A stretch of 62,311 nt of DNA, the filler included, from Coriobacteriales bacterium (GTDB lineage: Bacteria; Actinomycetota; Coriobacteriia; Coriobacteriales; UBA8131), in the NCBI GenBank assembly GCA_031263105.1. It is 6 parts of 6 records of this genome, joined end to end, with 100 filler letters (N's around TTAATTAATTAA, not from the genome) between each part and the next. Parts side by side here need not be neighbours in the genome. Positions count along the whole stretch, not along the records: positions 13,591 to 20,367 come from JAISGJ010000091.1; positions 20,468 to 30,012 come from JAISGJ010000036.1; 4 more parts are not named here. The stretch is one strand, 5' to 3'. This document shows positions 18,859 to 28,444 of the stretch, piece by piece (position 1 is the first letter of the stretch; each line of letters opens with the position of its first letter). The translations under genes were made by a program, and so were the position numbers. The notes under the pieces are model-generated. The model did not search any database. It saw only the letters and a program-made list of their open reading frames with translations, and was not told where the DNA came from.

Positions 18859-20235
18859 ATGGGGAGAAGATCGGGCATGACGGACGCCGAGGCCGGCACG
18901 GCGACGGGCGGAGTGGACACGCCATCGACTGCGGTATTGGAAGTGGCTGTGGGAGGGAGCACAGAGGGAAGCACAGAGGGACGGTTCTTTTGTGCTGTCG
19001 AAGAGGACGCAGAGCCGTTACGGTTGCACAAAAGAACCGTCCCTCTGTGCTCTGCTGGGGAGCGACCCCCTCTGCGCCTTGCGCTGCTCGGCTCCACCGG
19101 CTCCATCGGCCAGCAGGCGCTCGACGTCGTGCGCCGCTCGCAAGGCGCGGTGCGCGTCGTCGCCCTTGCCGCCCATCGCGACGTCGAGCGGCTCGCCGCC
19201 CAGGCGGCCGCGTTCGACGTGGGCACCGTGGCCATGGGCGACGAGGCCCTGCGCGACGACCCGCGCCTGCCGCGCCTCCTCGACGGCGTCGAGGTCGGCT
19301 TCGGCCCCGCCGCCGTCGAGGCCCTGTGCGGGCTCGACGGCGTGGACGTGGTGCTCAACGCCGTGGTGGGGGCGGCGGGCCTGCGTGCGTCCTATGCCAC
19401 GCTCGCCTGCGGGCGCCGCCTCGCGCTCGCCAACAAGGAGTCCCTGGTCGTGGGCGGCGACCTCATCATGCCCCTTGCCGCCGAGCAGGCCCGAAAGAGG
19501 GGAGCCCCCGCCCTTCTCCCCGTCGATTCGGAGCACTCGGCGTTGTTCCAGTGCCTGGTGGGGGAGTGCGCCGCCGAGGTCGCCCGTCTGTGGCTCACCG
19601 CCTCGGGCGGCCCCTTCCGTGGCTGGACGCGCGCCCGCCTCGAAGGCGTCGCTGCCGCCGAGGCCCTTGCGCACCCCACCTGGACGATGGGCCCCAAGAT
19701 AAGCATCGACAGCGCGACGCTCATGAACAAGGGCCTCGAGGTCATCGAGGCGCACCACCTGTTCGCCGCCTCCTACGACGACATCAGGGTCGTCGTGCAC
19801 CCGCAGAGCCGCATCCACTCGATGGTCGAGTACCGCGACGGCAGCGTAAAGGCGCATCTGGGCGCGAGCGACATGCGCATCCCCATCCAGTACGCGCTCT
19901 CCTACCCCGAGCGCTGGCCGTCTCCGCTCGAGCCCCTCGACCTTACGGCCCTCGGCACCCTTGCCTTCGAGGAGCCGGACATAGAGACCTTCGGCGCCCT
20001 CCCCCTCGCCTTCGCCGCAGGCAGGACAGGCGGCACCGCACCGGCCGCCCTCAACGCCGCCAACGAGGTCGCCGTCGCCGCCTTCCTCAACGGCGCCTGC
20101 TCCTTCCTCGACATCGAACGCACCGTCTCCGCAGTCCTCGAACGCCACGACCCCGAGCCCGTGGAGTCCCTCGAACAGCTTGAGGCCGTCGATGCCTGGG
20201 CGCGCGCCCAGGCTGCCTCGCAGCTGCGGCGCTAG
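18859..20235 (+). CDS. dxr: 1-deoxy-D-xylulose-5-phosphate reductoisomerase with N-terminal extension (start uncertain: 18859, 18877 or 19024)
   Basis: LGSTGSIG, LANKESLV, PVDSEH, TASGGPF, HPTWTMGPKISIDSATLMNKGLE. Confidence 0.97.
   Translation: MGRRSGMTDAEAGTATGGVDTPSTAVLEVAVGGSTEGSTEGRFFCAVEEDAEPLRLHKRTVPLCSAGERPPLRLALLGSTGSIGQQALDVVRRSQGAVRVVALAAHRDVERLAAQAAAFDVGTVAMGDEALRDDPRLPRLLDGVEVGFGPAAVEALCGLDGVDVVLNAVVGAAGLRASYATLACGRRLALANKESLVVGGDLIMPLAAEQARKRGAPALLPVDSEHSALFQCLVGECAAEVARLWLTASGGPFRGWTRARLEGVAAAEALAHPTWTMGPKISIDSATLMNKGLEVIEAHHLFAASYDDIRVVVHPQSRIHSMVEYRDGSVKAHLGASDMRIPIQYALSYPERWPSPLEPLDLTALGTLAFEEPDIETFGALPLAFAAGRTGGTAPAALNAANEVAVAAFLNGACSFLDIERTVSAVLERHDPEPVESLEQLEAVDAWARAQAASQLRR
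18958..19051. repeat. Perfect 26-bp inverted repeat (family C) in the 5' part of dxr
   Basis: AGCACAGAGGGACGGTTCTTTTGTGC at 18970-18995 and its reverse complement at 19026-19051. Confidence 0.92.
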
Positions 20236-20280
20236 GGAGGCGCCCATTAATCCACTTACGCGCCGGTTTTAGTCGTGTTA

Positions 20281-20304
20281 TGCCGAGCGCGTCAGCGCTC
20301 GGCA
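20281..20304. terminator. Hairpin downstream of dxr
   Basis: TGCCGAGCGC-gtca-GCGCTCGGCA; no clear U tract. Confidence 0.4.
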
Positions 20305-20467
20305 CTGTCTGAGTCTCACATCGCGTCCAAGTCACGCATCTGGGCGCTCATCTGTGATGTCTTCCGCNNNNNNNNNNNNNNNNNNNNNNNNNNNNNNNNN
20401 NNNNNNNNNNNTTAATTAATTAANNNNNNNNNNNNNNNNNNNNNNNNNNNNNNNNNNNNNNNNNNNN

Positions 20468-20765
20468 CCTTGGGGGCGGAGGCGAGGCGTGCGTTTATCG
20501 AGCGCAGGCTGATGCGGCGCGCGGTGCCCGTGCCGAGGCTTTCGAGCTGCCCGGACGCGACCATCTGGGCGACGCGCCCCCTGCTCGCCCCCAGCATGCG
20601 GGCCGCCTCGGCAGACGGGACGGCTCCCATGCGCAAAACGTCGTCGTCGGTCACGCTCACGGAGACGAGGGCGGCCGCAGCGCCGTCGCCGCATGCGTGC
20701 CCGAACACGGGAACGGACGGCTCGACGCCCTCTTCCACATAATCTGCAAGTACGAGCTCCAGCAC
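20468..20765 (-). pseudogene. HicB-like antitoxin with C-terminal HTH, 5'-truncated next to a family A repeat
   Basis: LELVLADYVEEG..P..VSVSV, then SAEAARMLGASRGRVAQMVASGQLES..SINARL; continues as AGRPRK in the other copies. Confidence 0.6.
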
Positions 20766-20882
20766 CTCGGCCGCACAAGCGGTCGACCGCAGGTCGAGGG
20801 GTCCACTGACCTACCGTCGGACGCTGCGTGCCCAAAGATTCCTCGGCGGAACTCGGAATGACAGTGGGGTGTGGGCTGTAAC
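20766..20882. repeat. Repeat family A, partial copy
   Basis: GCGGTCGACCGC core and CTCGGAATGACAGTGGGG..TAAC arm. Confidence 0.85.
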
Positions 20883-20922
20883 TCCTGCCGCATGAATTCC
20901 CCTGAGTTCTCTCTCTTATCCC

Positions 20923-20954
20923 TTGACAGCAGGGGGGGGGGGGGGGGGTATGCT
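20923..20954 (+). promoter_or_regulatory. Sigma70 promoter with poly-G spacer
   Basis: TTGACA-GCA-G17-TATGCT; spacer is 20 nt. Confidence 0.75.
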
Positions 20955-21078
20955 GGACTATGGAACACACGTGGGGCCGGAAAGGCACCGGGGGACACGT
21001 GCGCCGCTCGGCGTGCGCACGGGGATGCCTGCGGCTGCCTGCGTGGGGCATGACACCGACAGCAGAAGGGGAACCGCC

Positions 21079-23646
21079 ATGGAACACGCACGCACCGCGC
21101 CGCACAAGGCCGCTTTGCGCAAGGCCCTCGCCTGCCTCCTCGCGGCGGCGCTCGCGCTCTCGCTGGGCGGGGCGCATACGGCCTATGGGGAGGAGGGCGG
21201 GGTGCATGCCGGGGACGGTGCCGCCCCCGCTGGCGGGACGGGGCTTGGAACCGGAGAGGATGCCGCGTCCACTGCCGAGGTGGAACTTGGGGTCGGTGGG
21301 GATGCCGCGTCCGCTTCTGCCGCCGAGCAGGCTGACGAGGCGGAACCGGGCGTCAGAGAGGATGCCGAGGGCGACGGGGCGCAGGGCGCGGCACCCGAGG
21401 ACGTGCAGGAAGCCAAGGTCGATGCCGAGCAGGATGCAGGCCCCAACATAGAGCGGAGCGCCGAAGCCGGCATCGGACAGAGTATTGGGTCTGACGACGC
21501 GCAGGGTTCCGCCCCTGATGCGGAGAGTCCTGCCGTGTCCCCTGCTGAGGCAGGGGAGGAGCCGGGCGGCCTCGCGCCCCTGGCGAGCCACACCATCGAC
21601 GTGTCCGCCGGGGTCGCCAGCGGCACGGGCTACACCTGGGACGCCGCGACCAAGGTGGTGACCTTCACGGCGGGGGCGAAGGGGAGCGCCTACACGCTCA
21701 TCCAGACCGGGAAGCAGAACGTCCTCGGCATCGTGGTTGCGAGCGGCGTGAGCACCACGATCACCCTCAAGAACCTCAGTCTGGCGACGGAGCTTCCCTG
21801 CATAAAGCTTGAGGGCACGGCGAACCTGGCCCTCTCGCTCGAAGGGACGAGCGTGCTTGAGTCGAGCAAGGGCGCGGGCATAGAGGTGACGCAGAGCGCC
21901 GCGCTGACCATCCAGGGCAAGGGGGAGCTGACGGCAAGCGGCGGCTGGAACAGTGGTGCCGCCGGCATCGGCGGCAGTAAAGGCGGCACAAACGGCACTG
22001 TCACGATTTCCGGCGGCACGCTTACCGCAAACGGTTCCTGCGCCGGTATCGGCGGCGGCGAGGGCGGCTCCGGCGGCACCGTGACCATCAACGGGGGCGC
22101 CGTCACGGCGAGCGGTGGACGCAATGACGGTGCCGGCATCGGCGGAGGCAGAAATGGCTCCGGCGGCACCGTGACCATCAACGGGGGCGCCGTCACGGCG
22201 AGCGGCAGCGATGGAGGTGCGGGCATCGGCTCCGGCGGCGGCGGTGCCGGAGCCGTGAGCATCAATGGCGGCACCGTCACGGCGAACGGCGGCTTCTGGG
22301 GATCCGGCATCGGTGGCGGCTCCCACGAGTCTGGCGGCACCATAGTCATCAAGAACGGCGCCGTTACGGCGAACGGCGGCTGGAGCGGCTCGGGCATCGG
22401 CGGAGGCGACTCTGCCATCGACGCCTACTGGGGCAACGCGGGGACGGGGCACTACGTGTCCGCCTACCTGGACTCGGCATCCTACGACCGCACCCTCGCC
22501 TACTACGCGGGCGGCTCCGCCGCGCGGACGGGCTCGTTCACGCTCTATGCGGACTACTCCTCCTTCGCCTACACGACAGGCTCCGCCGCGACGGGCACGC
22601 ACCGCATCTTCGCCTGGCAGGCATCGCCCCTTGCCTACCTCGGGCGGGCCGAGCGGGTGTACGACTCCTCGCCCGACATCGCCTCCACCCTGAGCGCGGC
22701 CCCCGTGGCGCTCAAGCTCAACGCGTCCGCCGCGGCACGCCCGCCGGACTGGCAGTACACGGTCAAGTTCGACGCGAACGGCGGCAAGGTAGGCAAGGCG
22801 GCGTCCGCCTCCCTGAAGCGGGCGAAGGGTGCAGCGCTCGGTGCGCTGCCTGCCCCCGTGCGCACGGGGCACACCTTCCTCGGCTGGTACACGGGCAAGA
22901 CGGGCGGCACGAGGGTCACGGCGGCCACGAAAGTCTCAGGCGACGCGACCTGCTACGCGCACTGGAAGAAGGGCGTCTACGTCGTCTCCCTCGACGCGAA
23001 CGGCGGCAGGCTGCCCGCCAAGGCCGCCCACTCCGTGAGAAGAACCTACGGCACGGCCATCGGCAAGCTCCCCGCGCCCGTGCGCACAAACTGCACCTTC
23101 CTCGGCTGGTACACTGCCAAGTCCAAGGGCACGAAGGTCACAACCAGGACGAGGGCCACCCGCTCCGTCACCCTCTACGCCCGCTGGAAGGCAAACGGCC
23201 CCGTAGTCACCCTCGACGCCAACGGCGGCAAGGTCGGCAAGTCCGCCAGGGCGTCCCTGGTGCGCACCAAGGGCGCCGCCATAGGCAAGCTCGCCACGCC
23301 CAAGCGCACCGGCTACACCTTCAGGGGATGGTTCACCGGCAAGGCGAAGGGCACGAGGGTCACGGCGGCCACGAAGGCCACAAGGAGCGTCATCCTCTAC
23401 GCCCACTGGAAGGCCAAGGCCCACACCGTCAAGCTCGACGCCAACGGCGGCAAGCTCGGCAAGTCCGCGACCTCCTCCCTGAAGAAGTCCCACAACTCGA
23501 AGTTCGGCAGGCTCGCGACCCCAAAGCGCACGGGCCACAGGTTCGACGGCTGGTACACCGCCAAGAGGGGCGGCACCAAGGTGACGGCCTCGACGAGGGT
23601 CACCCGGGCCGTCACCCTCTACGCCCACTGGAAGCGGGCGAGGTAG
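21079..23646 (+). CDS. Surface protein: signal peptide, acidic linker, Gly-rich AGIGGG repeats, four basic InlB B-repeats
   Basis: Four copies of DANGG..LPxPxRTGxxFxGWYT..TLYAHW; GAGIGGG..GGTVTINGGAVTA repeats. Confidence 0.88.
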   Translation: MEHARTAPHKAALRKALACLLAAALALSLGGAHTAYGEEGGVHAGDGAAPAGGTGLGTGEDAASTAEVELGVGGDAASASAAEQADEAEPGVREDAEGDGAQGAAPEDVQEAKVDAEQDAGPNIERSAEAGIGQSIGSDDAQGSAPDAESPAVSPAEAGEEPGGLAPLASHTIDVSAGVASGTGYTWDAATKVVTFTAGAKGSAYTLIQTGKQNVLGIVVASGVSTTITLKNLSLATELPCIKLEGTANLALSLEGTSVLESSKGAGIEVTQSAALTIQGKGELTASGGWNSGAAGIGGSKGGTNGTVTISGGTLTANGSCAGIGGGEGGSGGTVTINGGAVTASGGRNDGAGIGGGRNGSGGTVTINGGAVTASGSDGGAGIGSGGGGAGAVSINGGTVTANGGFWGSGIGGGSHESGGTIVIKNGAVTANGGWSGSGIGGGDSAIDAYWGNAGTGHYVSAYLDSASYDRTLAYYAGGSAARTGSFTLYADYSSFAYTTGSAATGTHRIFAWQASPLAYLGRAERVYDSSPDIASTLSAAPVALKLNASAAARPPDWQYTVKFDANGGKVGKAASASLKRAKGAALGALPAPVRTGHTFLGWYTGKTGGTRVTAATKVSGDATCYAHWKKGVYVVSLDANGGRLPAKAAHSVRRTYGTAIGKLPAPVRTNCTFLGWYTAKSKGTKVTTRTRATRSVTLYARWKANGPVVTLDANGGKVGKSARASLVRTKGAAIGKLATPKRTGYTFRGWFTGKAKGTRVTAATKATRSVILYAHWKAKAHTVKLDANGGKLGKSATSSLKKSHNSKFGRLATPKRTGHRFDGWYTAKRGGTKVTASTRVTRAVTLYAHWKRAR

Positions 23647-23687
23647 GTGGTACAGGGCACAGGAGCGCCGCTGCAGTCAGGCGGTGC

Positions 23688-24083
23688 TCAATACTTCGCC
23701 AAGAAGCCCGCTGGCGACAGTATCTCCGGGCGGTCGATTCTCACATCGAAGAAGTCCTTGTCCCCGGTGACAAAGACATCCACCTGCCCGATGACCGCCG
23801 TGTAGAGTATCGGGTAGTCGTCACTGTCGCGTATAGGGAACAGGGGCGGGCCGACGGCCTCCGGGGTCTCGATCAGCGTGTACGGGACGTCCCCGAAGAA
23901 CTCGTCGAGCCCGGCGCTCGCGTCCTTGAACTTCGCGGCCATCACGTCTCGCACCTCCTCCATGCAGCATGAGGCCACGCACAGCTCGTACCTGTCGCAG
24001 ATGCGCTCGATCAGCTCGCCCATCCTCGCGCTCCTGAAGGCCACCGCCGAGACGACGACGTTCGAATCGACCATCACCCTCAT
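23688..24083 (-). CDS. PIN-domain putative toxin
   Basis: VMVDSNVVVSA, RDSDDYPIL, VTGDKDF; ATGA overlap with the antitoxin. Confidence 0.88.
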   Translation of the reverse strand: MRVMVDSNVVVSAVAFRSARMGELIERICDRYELCVASCCMEEVRDVMAAKFKDASAGLDEFFGDVPYTLIETPEAVGPPLFPIRDSDDYPILYTAVIGQVDVFVTGDKDFFDVRIDRPEILSPAGFLAKY

Positions 24084-24337
24084 CGGCTCTTCCTGGCTGC
24101 GCGGAAGTCCTTTATCATCTGCACGACGTCCTCGTCGGTCTCGAGGCCAAGGGCCGCCGCCTCGTCGGCGAAGCGCTCCTGCGCCCTCTCGAGGGCCATG
24201 GCGACAGAGTTCTGTATCACGACGTCCTTGCCGTTGCTGAAGAACAGGACCTTGGAGCCCTCCTTGAGCCTGAGCTCCCTGCGTATGGAGGCCGGTATCG
24301 TGATCTGGCCTTTCGAGGTGACCGTCGCCAGTTCCAT
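24080..24337 (-). CDS. AbrB/MazE family antitoxin
   Basis: ATVTSKGQITIPASIRREL; RBS AAGGAG. Confidence 0.9.
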   Translation of the reverse strand: MELATVTSKGQITIPASIRRELRLKEGSKVLFFSNGKDVVIQNSVAMALERAQERFADEAAALGLETDEDVVQMIKDFRAARKSR

Positions 24338-24419
24338 GGTGTCTCCTTACTTTTCAGAATGTCCTTGTACCCATTGTAACATGGGCCGAGCGCGACACGA
24401 CAGGGGCGTGCCATGAGTT

Positions 24420-24515
24420 CGTGAAAATAAGGAAGGGTTTCGCGTCTGTCGTCAGGAAGCCGATGCCCTCAGAGATCGCCTGGGCGGCCATCAGGCGGTC
24501 AAAGGGGTCTTTGTG
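24420..24515 (-). pseudogene. VapC (PIN) C-terminal remnant, copy 1
   Basis: Only HKDPFDRLMAAQAISEGIGFLTTD remains. Confidence 0.75.
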
Positions 24516-24774
24516 TGTATTCGCCCTCAAACATGGCAATGATCTCATCCTGCATCATGGTGTCGAAGTCATCGGGGAGGGTGAAGTCCATGCGGCCGAA
24601 GTACTCCTTTGCGAATCCGACCTTGGGCCGCAACTGCCCGCTTTCGATTGGCACGATTCTTACCCGTGGATTTCCGTATTTGCAGATAACGCAGTCGCCC
24701 TTGCCCGTCGCCACGTCATCGACGATTCGAGAGAGGCTCTTCTTTGCCTCGCATACGTTCACTGCCTTCGCCAT
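24499..24774 (-). CDS. Phd/YefM antitoxin, copy 1
   Basis: VNVCEAKKSLSRIVD..ICKYGNP..LPDDFD..FEGE. Confidence 0.85.
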   Translation of the reverse strand: MAKAVNVCEAKKSLSRIVDDVATGKGDCVICKYGNPRVRIVPIESGQLRPKVGFAKEYFGRMDFTLPDDFDTMMQDEIIAMFEGEYTQRPL

Positions 24775-25113
24775 GGGGGCTCCTTCCGACAGCAGGATTA
24801 TATTCTTGTCTCATGTATTGCTCAAACCAACATATGAGGTTTTTGTAGGGCAGCTCCGCGATGAGGCGCGATGAGGCCTCTGCTCCCTTGGAGGATTTCC
24901 TACTTGTTAAGGTTCTCTTGCTCGCTTCAGACTGATTTCTCTTTTGCCCCTCGGCAGCTGGGGCGTCATTTTGACTGTCGATGTCGAATTGCTGCACGAG
25001 CGCGAGCGTAGGTGAGAGACGGGCTGCCGATATGCAAGCGGTACCAGTACAGGCTGCCGCTGCAAACACTATAATGGGACGGACGCGAGCAAGACGCAGA
25101 AAGGGTTGGGCGC

Positions 25114-25881
25114 ATGAGCAGCTACCGAGAGACAGTCAGGTACTGGCAGGGCCTGGACATCAAGACCGAGGCCGACCTTGAGGCGCACCTGAGCAGCTTC
25201 AAGGTGCTGTTCGCCTACAACTCCAACAAGATCGAGAACAGCAGCACGACCTACGAGGACACCTACGAGGTCTTCGAGCGCGGCGGCGTGAGCAACTACA
25301 CAGGAGACGTGCGCACCCTGACCGAGATCCAGAACCAGAAGGCCGCATACCTCTGGACGGTCAGGGCCGTCATGGCAAAGGAGCCGATCACAGAGGGGGC
25401 GGTGCTGGAGTTGCACCGGATCATCACCGAGGGCACCTATGACGAGAGGCGAACCGAACGCGGTGAGAGGCCGGGCAGCTACAAGAGGCACCACTACGTG
25501 GTTGGCAAAGACGAGACCGGCGCGGCACCGGAGACGGTGGCCGAGGAGATACGGGAGTTGTTGGGCGAGGTGGCCTCCGCAGACATCGGCCCGGCCAATG
25601 TGCTGACCGCCGCCGCCTACCTCCATGCCAAATTCGAGAACATCCACCCGTTCGCGGACGGCAACGGACGCACGGGAAGGGTGCTGACGAACTACTTCTT
25701 GATGAGTAACGGACACCCGCCCCTGACGGTCTTCGACGAGGACAGGATTGCGTACTACCAAGCCCTTGACGCGTTCCATGCAGCCCAGGACATCGAGCCG
25801 CTGCGCACGTTCATCGAGCGACAGACGGTCAAGACCTGGGAGAAGACGCTGGAGCGCGCCAAGGAGCGTGACGGGGCATGA
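25114..25881 (+). CDS. Fic family protein
   Basis: Canonical HPFADGNGRTGR; SNKIEN inhibitory-type motif near the N-terminus. Confidence 0.93.
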   Translation: MSSYRETVRYWQGLDIKTEADLEAHLSSFKVLFAYNSNKIENSSTTYEDTYEVFERGGVSNYTGDVRTLTEIQNQKAAYLWTVRAVMAKEPITEGAVLELHRIITEGTYDERRTERGERPGSYKRHHYVVGKDETGAAPETVAEEIRELLGEVASADIGPANVLTAAAYLHAKFENIHPFADGNGRTGRVLTNYFLMSNGHPPLTVFDEDRIAYYQALDAFHAAQDIEPLRTFIERQTVKTWEKTLERAKERDGA

Positions 25882-26008
25882 GGAGCATATACGTACCGTC
25901 CGGGACGAACCGAACAACAACGTGTATCCGTTAGTCCGTCCGTCGGCCCGTCCGCCGGTTCGTGCGCCATGAGACCGTCGGCCCCTGCGCTCGGCCGGAC
26001 GGAGGCCG

Positions 26009-26653
26009 TCAGGGCCTGTGGGGGCGGAAGGCGCAGCCCACGAGGTGGTCGTCCACGAAGCCCGTCGCCTGGAGGTAGGCGTAGCAGATGGTCGGGCCGC
26101 AGAACTTGAAGCCGCGCTTCTTCATGTCCCTGCTCATCGCCTCGGCGAAGGGGGCGGAGGCGGGGACCTCCCCGAGGGCCTCCCAATGGTTGACGACGGG
26201 GCCGCCGCCGGGCAGGAAGGAGCGCAGGTAGGCGCCGAAGGCGCCGAACTCCTGCTGAACCTGCAGGAAGCACCGTGCGTTGGAGACGGCAGCCTCCACC
26301 TTCTGGCGGTTGCGGATGATGCCGGGATCCTCAAGGATGCGCACGACGTCGCCTGCGCCGAGACGGGCCACCCTTTCGGGGTCGAAGCCCTCGAAGAGCC
26401 GACGGTAGCCCTCCCGCCTCTTCAGGACGGCGTACCAGCTCAGGCCGGCCTGTGCGCCCTCGAGGAGCAGGAACTCGAACAGCGCGCGGTCGTCCTTGGC
26501 CTCGCGGCCCCACTCCTCGTCGTGGTAGCGCACGTAGAGCGGGTCGTCGCCGCACCAGCCGCAGCGCTTTATTCCGCCGGCCTCGTGCGTGTGTGCCTGC
26601 TCTGCGCGGGCCTCTGCCATGCTCGTCTTAACCGCACTCGTCTTCACATGCAT
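26009..26653 (-). CDS. tag: DNA-3-methyladenine glycosylase I, intact copy
   Basis: RCGW..YHDEEWG..LEGAQAGLSW..GFKFCGPTICYAYLQATG..DH..C; RBS AAGGAGG. Confidence 0.95.
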   Translation of the reverse strand: MHVKTSAVKTSMAEARAEQAHTHEAGGIKRCGWCGDDPLYVRYHDEEWGREAKDDRALFEFLLLEGAQAGLSWYAVLKRREGYRRLFEGFDPERVARLGAGDVVRILEDPGIIRNRQKVEAAVSNARCFLQVQQEFGAFGAYLRSFLPGGGPVVNHWEALGEVPASAPFAEAMSRDMKKRGFKFCGPTICYAYLQATGFVDDHLVGCAFRPHRP

Positions 26654-26700
26654 CGTTGGGACCTCCTTCAGTAGGTGGGTCCCCCCTCCGAAATGGCCTC

Positions 26701-26731
26701 ACAGTGTAGCAGCTTCCGAGTTAAATGTCAC
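26701..26731 (-). promoter_or_regulatory. tag promoter (duplicated at ~29692-29722)
   Basis: GTGACA-17-TACACT with a TG extension on the minus strand. Confidence 0.55.
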
Positions 26732-26815
26732 TAGTTCAGTTGCATTTATTTCTGCATCATACGTGTATACGCAAGAACAGCGGAGAACGGCAGATAGATG
26801 TGGTAGAATCGGGGC

Positions 26816-27259
26816 ATGATGCGAGAATCGAGCTATGAGATACGGGTAGAGGGCAAACCTGTCAGGATAGAGAGTGTGCCTGGCGGATGGGTGTCGTATA
26901 TCAGGCCCTCGGATTACCCCAAGGCATCCGCAGGTGACGTGAGGCCGTATTACGTGCCACGGGACTTGGGACGGCTGGCGGGACAGGAAGTGGGCATTGT
27001 CAAATTGCCCCACCACGTGTACTGGGGTCCAGACAGATGGTTCAACCTGACCAGGCGGTACCAGCTCAGAAATGCATATGCGATGCTGCTCCAAGAGGGA
27101 AATCTAGAAGACATAGAGGACTACATCAACAAATCGATACTCCAGGCGATCTGGCAGAGCCTGACCTTGCCCCCCAGACTGCGTGCGACCTGGGAGGAAT
27201 GTCATGAGGAGGCGAAGACATGGTGCCTACAGACATGCAGGACCGAGTTGCAGCGATAA
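26816..27259 (+). CDS. Putative antitoxin partner of the AbiEii-like nucleotidyltransferase
   Basis: LPHHVYWGP..AYAMLLQEG..W..L.LP.R.R..WE; overlaps the next gene; TGGTAGAAT -10 just upstream (leaderless-like). Confidence 0.6.
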   Translation: MMRESSYEIRVEGKPVRIESVPGGWVSYIRPSDYPKASAGDVRPYYVPRDLGRLAGQEVGIVKLPHHVYWGPDRWFNLTRRYQLRNAYAMLLQEGNLEDIEDYINKSILQAIWQSLTLPPRLRATWEECHEEAKTWCLQTCRTELQR

Positions 27260-27882
27260 TTCTCAAGGCTACGGAAAAGTTTGGGTTTGCCTTGGCCGGA
27301 GGAAAAGCGTTGCAGAGCCTTGGGCTGACAACAAGGCCGACCGAAGACTTGGACATATTCTTGGACAGAATGGATACGGCCCTGCTCAAAGAGGGTGTAT
27401 CCCGCGCAACGAAGGAACTTGTCGCCGAGGGATATGAGGTCGAATATCTCAAAATGAACGAAACGTTCGTGAGAATGCGGGTCACAGAAAAAGACGGCAC
27501 CAGTGTGGATGTCGATTGTGCGTATGACTACAGGGAGTTGCCGCCTGTTACGGCGAGCCTTGGCAGCACAGTTTCCAAGGAAGACGTCATACTGAACAAG
27601 GTGTCAGCGCTCTACTGCCGTTCCCTCCCAAGGGATTTCATTGACTTACATCACATCCGAGAGGCTGGCTTTCTGAGCGATGACGAGATAATCAGGAAAT
27701 CCCAAGAGAGGGACGACGGCTTCGTTGTGGATTACTTCATAGACGCACTAAGAAGTATCAGGCGAATGGAGCACTCGGATTTTGCCGCATATGGTGTCAC
27801 TGAAAACGAGTATGCAAGAATTCTGGAAACAACAACAAGCTGGGCAGACACACTGGAGCGCGCCAAGAGCCGTAAGGCCTGA
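27220..27882 (+). CDS. AbiEii/AbiGii-family nucleotidyltransferase toxin (type IV TA)
   Basis: ALAGGKAL..RPTEDLDIF, K..AL..R..PRDFIDL. Confidence 0.85.
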   Translation: MVPTDMQDRVAAIILKATEKFGFALAGGKALQSLGLTTRPTEDLDIFLDRMDTALLKEGVSRATKELVAEGYEVEYLKMNETFVRMRVTEKDGTSVDVDCAYDYRELPPVTASLGSTVSKEDVILNKVSALYCRSLPRDFIDLHHIREAGFLSDDEIIRKSQERDDGFVVDYFIDALRSIRRMEHSDFAAYGVTENEYARILETTTSWADTLERAKSRKA

Positions 27883-27894
27883 GATCTGAGAACA

Positions 27895-28085
27895 ATGTGG
27901 CAGGAAAAACTACTGGACAAGCTCTGTGCCGATTACGGGTTTTGCTTATTGGGCGACGAGTATGAGAACGTGTCGCACGGGGCATATGGCAGCCCGAGCG
28001 AATTCGTCGATGCCGTATACCGCGCCGAGGGCATAGATTCTCTGTTGTCTGACACCGCCTTGCACAAAAAAGTTCTTGCTGATGC
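27895..28085 (+). CDS. Small hypothetical protein, 3' end fused to the InlB-repeat remnant
   Basis: LLDKLCADYGFCL..FVDAVYRAEGID looks coding; the ORF reads through into another frame of the remnant. Confidence 0.4.
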
Positions 28086-28219
28086 TCGCCACGCCCAAGC
28101 GTGCAGGCTACAAATTCGATGGCTGGTACACAGGCAAGGCCAAGGGCACCAAGGTGACGGCCGGCACGAAGGTCACCAGGGCCGTCACGCTCTACGCGCA
28201 CTGGAAGCGTGTGCGGTAG
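28085..28219 (+). pseudogene. Remnant of the last InlB B-repeat of the surface protein
   Basis: LATPKRAGYKFDGWYTGKAKGTKVT..TLYAHWKRVR*, homologous to 23512-23646. Confidence 0.85.
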
Positions 28220-28324
28220 GTAGCGCAGGGTACAGAGGCACCACAGAGTAATCAGGCGGCGGCCGCTTCCTTCCGCACATCGAAGATGACGGGGTGGCAG
28301 TCTATGAGGGCTAGCGCCAAAGTC

Positions 28325-28444
28325 CTATTTTGGGACAGACACTACGCACGGGTGATAGCCGGTCAGCGTCGCATCTGTCGTCAGGAAGTCGATGCCCTCA
28401 GAGATCGCCTGGGCGACCATCAGGCGGTCAAAGGGGTCTTTGTG
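28325..28444 (-). pseudogene. VapC C-terminal remnant, copy 2
   Basis: HKDPFDRLMVAQAISEGIDFLTTDATLTGYHPCVVSVPK*. Confidence 0.75.

Noticed and set aside
24840..25070. Possible gene remnant between Phd and Fic
   Set aside because: No recognisable motif, start or RBS.
21079..28219. Diversity-generating retroelement or shufflon acting on the InlB-repeat C-terminus
   Set aside because: The second copy differs at mixed bases rather than adenines only, is in direct orientation, and no reverse transcriptase or invertase is present.
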